The position numbers were made by a program, and so were the translations under genes. Source: Eledone cirrhosa (Eukaryota). From it: a stretch of 64,000 nt of DNA. Shown here piece by piece: positions 1 to 13,732 of this stretch. Location: contig OZ024740.1 of assembly GCA_964016885.1 (NCBI GenBank), positions 299,212,001 to 299,276,000 of the forward strand. Direction: 5' to 3'. The number at the start of each line of letters is the position of its first letter. The stretch's first letter is position 1. The notes under the pieces were generated by a model. It searched no databases and had not been told where the DNA came from. It saw only the letters and a list, made by a program, of their open reading frames with translations.

Positions 1-840
1 CAATAATATAATATACTTTTTGCTGAAGTTGCCTGTTATTGTTGTTGGCTATGTCGGTAGTGGTGCTGGGGCTTTTTATATTGTGGGTGGGGAAGGGGGG
101 AGCCAGCAGTGCCATAGTTGTTGATGTTTGGCCGGTGACCGGGTCACTAAGTCAATCTATTTATATCTTTTGCTAGCATCTCCCTTGTCTAGTGATACCG
201 CCACCTTCCTTTTTCTTAAGTTAACAGCAGGTAATGGGGAATAGTGGTGGTAGCAATGAAGGAGTGGTGGCGGCTGTGATGGGATAGTGGTAGCAATGAT
301 GGATGGAGTGGTGGCGGCGGTGGCGTTGTCGTTACTGAGTTTTGTTGAATAGACTGTAGTTTTGTTTGATCTGTAGTATCTATGCGTTTGTGTCGCGTAT
401 GTTTAATATATGTGTTGACATATTCTCTTAATATTGGAATTAAACATTTTGTTAAAACTTGAGACAATAATAATAGTAATAGTAATTATTATTATGATGC
501 TGGGATTGGTGGTGGTGAAATTGCCGTTATCTGGCTGTTGTATTTAGTGTGTACACAGCGGGGTAATAGGGTAGGTGGTGTATCTAGTTTCTGGTGTTGG
601 TGAAATTGCTGTTATATAGTGTGTAGACAGTGGGGGTTTTCTTCCATTTATAACCATTTTCTTTTTTGAATATAAAATATATAATACAAAATTGAATATT
701 TGAGCGATATAACAATATATTATGGATCCGAATTTTTATGAGACTTGATTCGGTGATTTATGCATCATTTGTACTAAGAATTGTTATTTCACAATTGATT
801 TAAATATGTTAAAAATCAAAAACTTACAGGAGCGATTTCC
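1..840 (-). repeat. Unclassified ~850-bp interspersed repeat (inverted copy of 48300-49145)
   Basis: Reverse complement aligns by eye along its length to 48300-49145 (e.g. tactttttgctgaagttgcctgttattgttgttggctatgtc vs gacatagccaacaacaataacaggcaacttcagcaaaaagta); lies next to a (TTA)n tract. Confidence 0.85.
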
Positions 841-872
841 TGACCTTCTACCACCACGTGCGTCTTCTTCCC

Positions 873-954
<82 letters not shown>

Positions 955-1214
955 TATATGGAAAAAAGGAAATTTCATTTCTCACTCTTAGTACGGCTTA
1001 CTTAAATGTAAGTATGTATACGTACATACATATATGTATACAGACGTACATCAGTATGTATATACATACATACATGCACACATATATATATATGTACGTA
1101 TGGGTTTACCGAACATTTATTATAATGCTCTGTTTGTTTGTAAACAAACAGCCGAATTAAGCCGTACAGTGTTCGGCAACCATTGTTGCCATTTTGTTCA
1201 ACATTGACAAAGGA

Positions 1215-1257
1215 ACGATGAACTAGTTTCTAGCTCATTAGCTGTCATCAGCACCGT
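1215..1257 (-). ncRNA. Type I hammerhead ribozyme, family A
   Basis: Minus strand: acggtg CTGATGA cagctaatgagcta GAAA ctag TT catcgt; stem I pairs and loop III is palindromic. Confidence 0.75.
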
Positions 1258-1658
1258 ATACCTTGCTGTCAGATGAATGAACGTTTGAATGTATATACTT
1301 TCCCTATGCATATTAACGACTGAGTAGCCTGATTTGCATATCGAGTGAGTTATTTGGCCGGGCGTACCGAAAACGATAAATGGAAAAAATGAAATTTCAT
1401 TTCTCACTCTTAGTACGGCTGCTACCTAAATATAAGTATGTATACGTACATACATATATTTATACAGACGCACAGTAGTATGTATATACATACATACTAT
1501 GTATATACATACATATATGCACACATATATATATGTACGTATGGGTTTGCCGAACATTTATTATAATGCTCGCTTTGTTTGTAAACAAACAGCTCGAATT
1601 ATTAACCGAACAGTGTTCGGCAACCATCGTTGCCATTTTGTTCAACACTGACAAAGGA

Positions 1659-1701
1659 ACGATGAACTAGTTTCTTGCTTGTTAGCTGTCATCAGCACCG
1701 T
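1659..1701 (-). ncRNA. Type I hammerhead ribozyme, family A
   Basis: Minus strand: acggtg CTGATGA cagctaacaagcaa GAAA ctag TT catcgt; stem II is weakened. Confidence 0.65.
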
Positions 1702-1946
1702 ATACCTTCCTGTCAGTTGATTGAACGTCTGTACGTCTGTATACATATATGTATGTACGTATACATACTTACATTTAAGTATCAGCCGTACTAAGAGTAA
1801 GAAATGAAATTTCATTTTTTCCATTTATCGTTTTCGGTACGCCCTGCCGACTAACTCACTCGATATGCAAATTAGGCTGTTCAGCCGTTAATATGCATAA
1901 GTAAATTATATACTTTCAAACGTTCAATCAACTGACAGGAAGGTAC

Positions 1947-1989
1947 ACGGTGCTGATGACAGCTAATAAGCTAGAAACTAGTTCATCGT
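1947..1989 (+). ncRNA. Type I hammerhead ribozyme, family A
   Basis: acggtg CTGATGA c-agct-aata-agct-a GAAA ctag TT catcgt; stem I extends beyond an internal loop (actgaca/tgtcagt, aagg/cctt). Confidence 0.8.
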
Positions 1990-2242
1990 TCCTTTGTCAG
2001 TGTTGAACAAAATGGCAACGATGGTTGCCGAACACTGTTTCGAGCTGTTTGTTTACAAATAAACCGAGCATTATTATAAATGTTCGGTAAACCCATACGT
2101 AGATATATATATATATATGTGTGCATGTATGTATGTATATACATACTACTGTACGTCTGTATACATATATGTATGTATGTATACATACTTATATTTAAGT
2201 ATCAGCCGTACTAAGAGTCAGGAATGAAATTTCAATTTTTCC

Positions 2243-2283
<41 letters not shown>

Positions 2284-2768
2284 TATTTGAGATATGTATG
2301 AATGTGTATATGTCTACATGCGTTGTTGAAGTTTATGTGTGTGGATTATTTCTCGTACCTTAGCACTTCAACTAGAAGGGATCGATAATATAATTACTTG
2401 CGTCTGTAATTCAACTGTAGATGTTTGCAGCTGACATATTTCAATGTTTCCGGGGATGATGGTCAAAACCATAAGCGTATCATTGGCGAGGAAGATTCTT
2501 AATATCACGGAGGGTTAACAAGTTGAATAATTATGAAGTAAATATTTAAACAATATAATAGTCTCAGTAAATAATTCATGAAACAAGCAGTGCATTTCAT
2601 TTTATATGTGAAATAAACGCATAATTGTTTATTGCTTTATGTGTATCTATCTCTCTTTCTCTTTTTCGTTTCTACACACATGTATCTATCGATCTATATA
2701 CGTGACTCAATGTACTTTATCTATAAACACATGTATGCATATATATACATACATACACACACACACAC

Positions 2769-2827
<59 letters not shown>

Positions 2828-2916
2828 TATATATATATATATATATTTATAAATAAATATAGTAATACTATGTATTAATGTATAGTAATAATTATTTATT
2901 ATATATATGTATATAA

Positions 2917-2981
<65 letters not shown>

Positions 2982-3016
2982 TAGTAATACTATGTATTAA
3001 TGTATAGTAATCATTA

Positions 3017-3193
3017 TTTCTACTTTTGGCACAAGGCCAGCAATTACGCAGTGCATTACTGGTACTTATTTTATCGACCCCGTAAGGATGAAAGGCAAAG
3101 CTAACTTCGGCGGGATTTGAACTCAGAGCATAAATGGTGGTAACTCTTTGCTGCAAAGCATAGCGTCCAACCCTCTACCGATACTGCCAATCC
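3017..3193 (-). mobile_element. tRNA-derived SINE with Meta-domain-like core
   Basis: Minus strand has A-box tggcagtatcggtag, B-box gagttcaaatcc and core gcctttcatccttacggggtcgataaaataagtaccag. Confidence 0.85.
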
Positions 3194-3252
3194 ATGTGAA
3201 GACTAAAATCCGAATAGGGATCGATAAGGATTATATATATATATAATATTTG

Positions 3253-3438
3253 TTTCTACTTTTGGCACAAGGCCAGCAATTATCCCAGTGTATTGCTGGT
3301 ACTTTATTTTATCGACCCTGGAAGGATGAAAGGCAAAGTTAACCTCGGCGATATTTGAACTCAGATCATAAAGGGAGGTAACTCTATGCTTCAAAGCAAG
3401 GCGCCCGACCCTCTACCGATACCGCCAACCCACCGCCC
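3253..3438 (-). mobile_element. tRNA-derived MetaSINE-like copy
   Basis: Same A/B boxes and core as 3017-3193. Confidence 0.85.
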
Positions 3439-3460
3439 TATTATATATATATATAATATA

Positions 3461-4759
<1,299 letters not shown>

Positions 4760-4790
4760 TATATAAACCCGTAGAGCAAATATTTAATAA

Positions 4791-4905
4791 AAGAACAGAT
4801 TAAAGTTTAAGCAAAGAATCGCTGCTTTCACTCTTAACGGGATCTTCTGAAGATCCCATTAAGGGTGAAAGTAGCGATTCTTAGCTTAAACTTTAATCTG
4901 TTCTT
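4791..4905. repeat. Fold-back palindrome of the family C pLTR end, centred in the hammerhead core
   Basis: 57-bp arms around T4848 (gatcttc T gaagatc); the arms match the 3' half of the hammerhead at 11822-11897. Confidence 0.85.
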
Positions 4906-4923
4906 ATAATATATATATGTGTG

Positions 4924-5040
4924 AAGGCGTGTGGGTGAGTGGTTAGAGAATTGGATTCGCAATCGTGAGATTGTGAGTTCGATTCTCAGACCAGGCGATG
5001 CGTTATGTCCTTGAGCAAGACACTTTATTTCACGTTTCTC
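4924..5040 (+). mobile_element. Second tRNA-derived SINE family, head fragment
   Basis: A-box-like gtgggtgagtggttag, B-box gagttcgattc, then gtccttgagcaagacactttatttcac; a related copy lies near 36285-36400. Confidence 0.65.
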
Positions 5041-5290
5041 CTTCTACCTGGAGTTGAGACCGATAGATAGTATTAGCAATTAGAAAGACCAATGGAAACA
5101 TTGTTTACTCGGTCCGATTTTTCGAAAGTCGATCGCTCCTAAAATATATATATATTTGTTGAATAGCTCTAATATCGAGTCAATTTAATTATTTCGATTA
5201 TTTTGTCTCTCGTAGACATAGAGCAAAACTGGTTAAGATCGACACCACACACACTCACATGCTTGTGAGGAAAAATATATATACATATAT

Positions 5291-5372
5291 AACGAAGGAA
5301 GTTTGGTAAGGAACCAGGTGGACCATAACGCACCAGAGTACTGAATACTTAGGGTAGTAGAGTGGGTAATAG
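5291..5372 (+). repeat. Family E repeat end (also at 8115-8192 and, inverted, 34408-34490)
   Basis: aacgaaggaag...ggaccataacgcaccagagtac...gtagtagagtgggtaa occurs three times, each abutting (TA)n. Confidence 0.75.
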
Positions 5373-5643
5373 GAAATGTTTCTCTTTGCTCCTTGACCAC
5401 AGACGAATCATTAGATTCTTTACTCCCACGTTAATTCAAATGATCTAACCCTTCTAGGAAGTCTACCAATCATTATCCCCATCATGCTCTTGAGGTTCAA
5501 GATGTTATCTTTTATCACTGAGTGTCAACGAGGGAGGTTTTAATCCTATTGCTATTTGCTAGAAAGAACAAGACAATATTCTTCACATTACATCCTATCA
5601 TCTCAAAAAGATTATTATTTATAAAAGTGGACAGATATTTTAG

Positions 5644-5749
<106 letters not shown>

Positions 5750-5768
5750 ACACACAGACACACACACA

Positions 5769-5859
<91 letters not shown>

Positions 5860-6157
5860 CGACATAAACACAGAAACACAATGAAAATATATGCAAAGGA
5901 CTCTTAAATTCACTTTATATACCTTTATAATTTATTTCGTGCTGTCAAACTTTTGTCGTCAGTGTGTGAATTAATGAAGTGAAGTGAATTGAACAGTTCT
6001 TTTTTTTTTTTTTTTGAATGAATAAGTACAACTCTGAAAGGACATCGATATGTTATGCATAATGGAAAGAAAAAGAAACCAGACATGATGTACACAGTTG
6101 AAACGCCTTCCATTATCGGTCTCTAGTGTCAAGGCTGACATGGGGTTAAATAATGAT

Positions 6158-6378
6158 TTCTGATTTAGGCACAAGGCCAAACATTTTTGTGGGAGGAGAA
6201 CGTCCCTAGTACATTATAAATAGACCTTAGTACATTACTGGTGCTTTGTTATTCGATCCAGTAAGGATGAGAGGCAATGATAACCTCGGCGGGCTTTGAA
6301 CTCAGAGACAAGAAATCCCGAACGAATACCGCAAAGCACTCTATTCGATATTCTAACGACTTTGCCAATTCGCAGCCT
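6158..6378 (-). mobile_element. Diverged MetaSINE-like copy
   Basis: aaggatgagaggcaa...ctttgaactcag core on the plus strand. Confidence 0.7.
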
Positions 6379-7299
6379 TCATGGGGTGAAAAATAATGAT
6401 AACCCTGTAGCTATCTACCTATTATCGTTTCTAAGTTGATAATAAATATACAAGGGCTGGTAACTGAAATATCTTTCTTTTTCACTATATTCCAATATGG
6501 TTCACCTACAACCATAGCCGCTAACATTTCTTATTTTATGCTATACATAATTACTAACTTTCTTGAAAATATCGATGGAACGGACACATTTGACTCCTAC
6601 CAAAACTAATTAACTGGATAGAAGACTCATTTTAAAGTAGTAGAATTTCTCTGAACAGAAATGTACCACTAGTTGTAAGGTTCCATATATTCAGGAAACA
6701 TCTCTTTAAAAGTCTTCTGCCTCTAGATTGAAGATACCCATACAGATAGCTCGAGCCAATGGGAAAGCTTCTATTATGCAGGCATTCAACATACTAGAGA
6801 TTGCGGCTAGATCTCATTTCAATCACACCCTAACATTTTAAAAACGAAATGACATAATGATGATGGGAGGATCATGACGAGAATGTCTTTGATCAGAAGA
6901 TTAACAAAAACAAGTATAAAACAAGAAAAAGACATTCCAGATATTATTATACTGATAAGTCCAACCTTTTAACAATTGGGTTGTTTATATTAACTCGAAA
7001 AGGTTTCCAATGTACTCACATCCCTTTTGAGCACAGATATAAAAAATACCCAGTAAAGAAGAGCCATGCGTATGACACCACTACGTATCTCAAAACACAT
7101 ACATATAAATACCTTCGTGTACCACCCCACAACGCTTGGTCCCGTAATTCCTGATGGAGTTGTAAGGGCGCCGTAGTCACATACGGCGTTTCTCGAGCAA
7201 TTTGAGCCTGGTGGAATCCATCCCTCTTCAGGCAGATTTCTTCCAGAGAAGGATAAAAAGTGACAGGAGGGAGGCGAGAAAGTGATACAAAGGAAGAAT

Positions 7300-7450
7300 C
7301 GACTCCAGTACTATACTGGTAATTTGTTATCGACCTCGAAAGGATGAAAGGCAAAGTTGGCCTTGGTAGGATTTGAAATCAGAGAACAGAAAGAGAGAAC
7401 GAATACCACAAAACATTCTATTCGGCGTTCTAATGAATCAGTCAATTCAT
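7300..7450 (-). mobile_element. Diverged MetaSINE-like copy
   Basis: tatcgacctcgaaaggatgaaaggcaaagttggcc...ggatttgaa. Confidence 0.65.
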
Positions 7451-8190
7451 CGACTATACAACGCTGTATACTATTTAATAAAAACAATGGCGATCTATAC
7501 GACAATTTTTTCTCCGAAATACTTTCTTAAAATCTACAATAAATATTCATACAGTATAATACTAAATTTTAAAGAGACTTGACATTTGCAAAACTCGTCG
7601 TCGCCGCCATTGTTATTGTACTCTGAAGTCAATCCTGACCGTTAGGTCTGTGAAGAAGGGCAAACCAATCGTAACTAACCTATCATTTATGGAGTATTTA
7701 GGATTACATATTCTAAAGCAATTTCTCTTTATTGCAGGTGTTAAGTAATTAGAGATTTGGCTGTTTACAAGTCGGGTGATCATATAGCTTCACCCTCGTT
7801 AGCCATATATATGAGGGACGGGTGGGTCAAGTGAGTTTAACTGGTATAACGTTGAAACAACTAATAAATATGTCATATATGTTCATCCTGCATTGGATTT
7901 GATCTTTTCCGATTCCTAAATAGAGTTTACAATAACACACACGCGCACACACACACACATACACACACCCTTATACTCACACATACACACACACACATAT
8001 ATATATATATACGTGTGTGTGTGTGCGTGTGTGTATATATATATATATATATACATACACACACAGACACATATATTTGTAAGTACTGATTTGTAAGTGT
8101 ATATATATATATATAACGAAGGAAGTGCTGTAAGGAACCATATGGACTATAACGCACCAGAGTGCTCAATACTTAGGGTAGTAGAGTGGG

Positions 8191-8245
<55 letters not shown>

Positions 8246-8372
8246 CATAATTTGGGAGGGTCATGTTGCCAATAAGAAACACACGCACCAGTTGCTTTCA
8301 CTTCAATTTATTATAATAAATTTATAAATTTCTGGTTAGTTGGTTCCGCAACCAGATGGTTGTTTATATATT

Positions 8373-8415
8373 GTCACAGTTCTTTCGTCACACATTCTGT
8401 GACCTCTTCAGTGAC
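8373..8415 (-). ncRNA. Type I hammerhead, family B (pLTR), cleavage site mutated
   Basis: gtca CTGAAGA g-gtcaca-gaatg-tgtgac GAAA gaac TG tgac; H17 = G violates the NUH rule. Confidence 0.65.
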
Positions 8416-8706
8416 TGGGGCTTCTTTTCTTTGTTTCTTTGCCTCTCCTTTGTTCTGTCCTACGCCATATTGTTTTTGTGAGTGTTTTGTGTGCTTAGTT
8501 TGCGCATGTGTTACATCCCATTATGTGTTACATCCCATTATGCCAAACCAATGACTTCCAAATATCTGATCCACCGAAACTCAGCTGTTTCGGACCATAC
8601 CAAAATCAACATACTGATTGCGGATTTGGTACGGGTGATGAGAAACGTGTCCCGCATGTGAAACCTCAAAGAACTATAGAGACACATACAACACTTCATC
8701 CACCGT

Positions 8707-9273
8707 ATGCAGTTCTCTGGTTACAATCGGAGAGATAAAATCAGAGTGTATAGAGGAGCCAGAACCAAATGGGAAAAAATGGTAAATAATGACACAAATG
8801 GGACCTGCCCCTTGTATAAGAGCAAATTTTGGAATAGAATAGAAAGAACTAGGAATAAGGCTAATAGAATAAACTCATGGTATGATAGCAATAAATACCA
8901 GAGTGTAATGTTCATCGATACAACCCCTAGAGGTGAATTAGCTTACAAATTTCGAAGGGGCCTAGATAAACATAAACTCAATATTAAGATAGTAGAAAGA
9001 CCAGGTACCTCCATAAACACACTTATTAGCAAGACATACCCTTTTCAAAGACCTCCCTGTATAGATAAGAAATGTATAATCTGTAAATTAAGCCCCCATA
9101 TTAACTATAAAACTAGAAATATAGTACATAGCATAAGATGTACTGAAGGACAATGTAGAGATAAAAATATAGTGTACATAGGTGAGACAGCTCGTAGTAT
9201 AGGAGAACGGATAAATGAACACTGGCGAGACCTTCAAGATAGTAAAGAATCATCTACCAACATGCTAAAATAG
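8707..9273 (+). pseudogene. PLE RT thumb/linker + GIY-YIG endonuclease fragment
   Basis: MQFSGY...CIDKKCIICK...VHSIRC...VYIGETARSIGERINEHW; frameshifted relative to the 30669-31826 ORF. Confidence 0.85.
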
Positions 9274-9635
9274 AACATAAGTGTAAATTAGAGAACATAG
9301 AAATAAAAATAGAATCTACACACAGAAAAGACGCAATGTTTAGACAAATCACAGAGGCAATAAACATAAATAAATTACAACCAAAATTAAATAGAAAACA
9401 TGAGTGGAACAGCAACATCACAACTTACAATTAAGGACAAAATGAAAACACACACACACATAGAACAAACAACCAACCAGTAACATGTAAATAAACAAAT
9501 AAATAAACGAATATAAACACACACAGACACCCGGATGTAACACATGCGCAAACTAAGCACACAACACACACACAAAAACAATATGGCGTAGGACAGAACA
9601 AAGGAGAGGCACAAAAAACAAAAAAAGAACCCACA

Positions 9636-9678
9636 GTCACTGAAGAGGTCACAGAATGTGTGACGAAAGAACTTTGAC
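9636..9678 (+). ncRNA. Type I hammerhead, family B (pLTR)
   Basis: gtca CTGAAGA g-gtcaca-gaatg-tgtgac GAAA gaac TT tgac. Confidence 0.8.
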
Positions 9679-10062
9679 ATATATAAACAACCATCTGGTT
9701 GTGGAACCAACCAACCAACCAGAAATTTATAAATTCCTAAATTTATAAATTTATTATAATAAATTGAAGTGAAACACTGGTGCGTGTGTTTCTTATTGTC
9801 AACATGACCCTCCCAAAGTATAACAATATCGGTTTCAACACACGTTTTCAAATAAAGAATCTTGATAAACAAATTCAGAAACGAAATATATATATATAGA
9901 TAGATAAATATACACGGGTGTGTATGATTGTGTATAGAAGATTATATTAATAAAAGGAATTCCAACTTTGTCTGATTTACTCGTTTTATTTACAATCCTT
10001 TAAAATTTATAATGTTATTATAATGAAATAGTTTGATAGAATATTAAATGTTAAGTGTTAAT

Positions 10063-10101
10063 TGAACAAGTAGATTCATGCTTTCGCAATCTTCAGGTTC
10101 A
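10063..10101 (-). ncRNA. Minimal hammerhead-like motif lacking stem II, family D
   Basis: Mirror copy of 10336-10374. Confidence 0.55.
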
Positions 10102-10335
10102 TAATGTGTGGTGACAGTCAAGTTTGCAATTTTCAACTGTAATGAGATGGGTAAATTTTGTACCTTATATACAGTGAAAAGTGGCTTCAGAATGCTAAAT
10201 CTAGCAAACTGTATTTCGACCAATACAGTTTGCAAGATTTAGCATTCTGGAGCCACTTTTCACTGTATATAAGGTACAAAATTTACCCATCTCATTACAG
10301 TTGAAAATTGCAAACTTGACTGTCACCACACATTA

Positions 10336-10374
10336 TGAACCTGAAGATTGCGAAAGCATGAATCTACTTGTTCA
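10336..10374 (+). ncRNA. Minimal hammerhead-like motif lacking stem II, family D
   Basis: tgaac CTGAAGA ttgc GAAA gcatgaatctac TT gttca; 5-bp stem I. Confidence 0.55.
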
Positions 10375-10489
10375 ATTAACACTTAACATTTAATATTCTA
10401 TCAAACTATTTCATTATAATAACATTATAAATTTTAAAGGATTGTAAATAAAACGAGTAAATCAGATAAAGTTGGAATTCCTTTTATTA

Positions 10490-10589
<100 letters not shown>

Positions 10590-10676
10590 TTTTATTAATA
10601 TATATATATATACGTAATAATAATAAATTTGAAGATTAATATATATATATATGTATATACCTATATATATATATAT

Positions 10677-10784
<108 letters not shown>

Positions 10785-10795
10785 TTAATAAAATA

Positions 10796-10871
10796 ACAGA
10801 TTAAAGTTTAAGCAAAGAATCGCTGCTTTCACCCTTAACGGGATCTTCTGAAACTAACAAAGTCAATCTGT
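10796..10871 (-). ncRNA. Type I hammerhead with CAGAAGA core, family C
   Basis: Mirror copy of 11822-11897. Confidence 0.65.
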
Positions 10872-11821
10872 AAACGCAGAACTGGATATTTCAAAAAACG
10901 TTGCAACCGGAGGAAGACAGGAAGACGATACTTTGGTTCGTGGTAACGTTCGCTGGCAAAGAACGGGAAAAAACGAATAATACGTCATTAATAGGAGCGG
11001 TGAAAAACAATTACGCGCAAAGACAAAACCACGTTTATGGTATAAAAGAGGTCGTAGACTAATGTTCTCTTAGGTGGTGCATAGAGACGTTCTCTGGCAA
11101 TGAACGAAAAAACGAAGATAATAAGTCATATGTGGAGCGTGGAGAACAATAGCACACAAAGACAAAACCACGTAAATGGTATAGCAGAAATCGTAGACTA
11201 AAATTCTAACTAGGAGACCAAATGAATCTCCGCTACAGAGTTAAGAACAAAGTAAATAAATACAATACAGAAGTAATAGAAACAAATAAATACATACACG
11301 CGAACAGATAGGTACGTACACAAGCATACGCAAAACCTTACCATGGGTATACAAAACCACGCACATATAAATATGTGTGTGTGTGTATGCTTGTGTACAA
11401 ATAAATAAATAATTATATAAACGTATATAAGTAAATAAATACGTAAATAACAAGCGCACACGCATACCTACATATACATCTAGTTAGAATTTTAGTCTAC
11501 GATTTCTGCTATACCATTTACGTGGTTTTGTCTTTGCGTGCTATTGTTCTCCACGCTCCACATTTGACTTATTATCTTCGTTTTTTCGTTCATTGCCAGA
11601 GAACGTCTCTATGCACCACCTAAGAGAACATTAGTCTACGACCTTTTTTATACCATAAACGTGGTTTTGTCTTTGCGCGTAATTGTTTTTCACCGCTCCT
11701 ATTAATGACGTATTATTCGTTTTTTCCCGTTCTTTGCCAGCGAACGTTACCACGAACCAAAGTATCGTCTTCCTGTCTTCCTCCGGTTGCAACGTTTTTT
11801 GAAATATCCAGTTCTGCGTTT

Positions 11822-11897
11822 ACAGATTGACTTTGTTAGTTTCAGAAGATCCCGTTAAGGGTGAAAGCAGCGATTCTTTGCTTAAACTTTAATCTGT
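11822..11897 (+). ncRNA. Type I hammerhead with CAGAAGA core, family C
   Basis: acagattga ctttgtt agttt CAGAAGA t-ccc-gttaa-ggg-t GAAA gca-gcgattctt-tgc TT aaact ttaatctgt; stems I (bulged), II and III all pair. Confidence 0.65.
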
Positions 11898-12003
11898 TAT
11901 TTTAATAAATATTTGCTCTACGGTTCTTATATATTTGATATATATTTTCCTTATCGAGCCCTCTTTGGATTTTAGTCTTCAACTTTATTATTATTACTAT
12001 ATA

Positions 12004-12125
<122 letters not shown>

Positions 12126-13071
12126 ATATACATATTCACTTGTATATACAAACGCGCACATATGTGTAAATGTATGTTCACGCGAATTTATTTGTGAATA
12201 TGCAAAGAGACGTAGATTGAAAGAAACAATCAGAAGACAAATACGAATGTCATGACTTTTAAAAGATGGCCTCAAAAATTGTCTCAAAATGGCCGAAGAG
12301 ATGAGAATTTACCATAATGAAAATGAAAAAAAAAAAAAATTAAAACAAACAAAAGACTAAGCAAAATGTAATTTATTAGGAATCAATAATATTTATGGAA
12401 ACAAAAGTGAAAGCAGAATTTACGAAAAAATATGAAATGAAATAAAATGAATATTAATTAAAATTAAGATTTTAGCATTTTTAACTATAAGAAAAACAAC
12501 AACAACAACAACAATTATAACAAAAGAAACAATAACCACAACGAATAAATTCCGCTCCATAGATACGATCCTGATTGACTAAAAGAAATCACCGAATTGT
12601 AATAATAGGATGAAAGAGGTGGTCTTGCGAGAAATTCCATCTCTATTCTAGAGGAAATTACATTCTTGCTATAGTGTTTGAATGCGTTACGGTCGGAATT
12701 TTGAATAAGTAATATAACAATGTTATTACCTTGTTTCTTTGTTGTCCAATTCCTGCTGAAAATTCATGTATTTTCGTTGAAGTTACTAATCTCAGATTCC
12801 AAATTATTCCAAACCAGCTGTCATTTTACCAGAGATTTGTCATTAACAACAAAAATGGTCTCCCCTTATTGTTTCGTAGAGCACACATTCTATCCACTGA
12901 CAGTGGAATAGCATCCAAAACGTTAACCCTTATCCAACTGTATCAAGCGTTAAACTAATACACCACCATTTTATTATATTTTTCTCCTGAAATGTTTTAC
13001 TTTTTGAGCTTTCATACCGATACAAACAAACAAACAAACACACACACATACACACACACAGATAAATATAA

Positions 13072-13171
<100 letters not shown>

Positions 13172-13272
13172 ACATATGTGTGTGTGTGTATGTATGTGTT
13201 TGTATGGGGGGGGGGGGGGGGGCATGAAAGCTAAAAAAAGTAAAACATTACAGGAGAACAATATAATATAAT

Positions 13273-13459
13273 TGTTTCTACTATTGGCACAAGGCCAGAA
13301 ATTACCCAGTACATTACTGGTACTTTATTTTATCCACCCCGTAACGATGAAAGGCAAAGTTAACCTCGGCGGGATTTGAACTCAAAATAGCAAGGGCCGT
13401 AACTCTATGCATCAAAGCATGGCGTCCGACCCTCTACCGATACTGCCAATCCACCGCCA
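13273..13459 (-). mobile_element. MetaSINE-like copy
   Basis: Full A/B boxes and core. Confidence 0.85.
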
Positions 13460-13530
13460 TAATATAATATAATATATATATATATATATATATATTTTAA
13501 AATCTACTGTCAATAAATACACCAGGATTT

Positions 13531-13591
13531 TTTCATTCTGATGACTGAAAGCACATTTTGTTTGCTTTCAAGAAACCACTGGTAAATGAAA
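13531..13591 (+). ncRNA. Type I hammerhead ribozyme, solo (family F)
   Basis: tttcatt CTGATGA c-tgaaagca-cattttgtt-tgctttca-a GAAA ccactgg TA aatgaaa; 7-bp stem I, 8-bp stem II, GUA triplet. Confidence 0.85.
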
Positions 13592-13692
13592 TAATTATCT
13601 TATGTTGTTTATTACATAACTAATAAGCTCTGTAACCTACATAGAGCACACTTTTTTCCGGGACCTTTCCGACGGAATTACTTCACACACAT

Positions 13693-13729
<37 letters not shown>

Positions 13730-13732
<3 letters not shown>

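Larger units (their letters stand above)
959..2243. mobile_element. Hammerhead-bearing ~420-440 bp unit in a tandem plus inverted array (PLE pLTR/retrozyme-like, family A)
   Basis: Units start at 959 and 1381, followed by reverse-complement copies at ~1730-2243; (TA)n on both sides; three hammerhead motifs. Confidence 0.75.
8241..9885 (+). mobile_element. 5'-truncated Penelope-like element with inverted 5' pLTR and 3' pLTR
   Basis: 8241-8520 is the reverse complement of the pLTR; 8533-9445 closely matches the ORF at 30903-31826 but has frameshifts; 9445-9885 is the pLTR; (TA)n at both ends. Confidence 0.9.
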
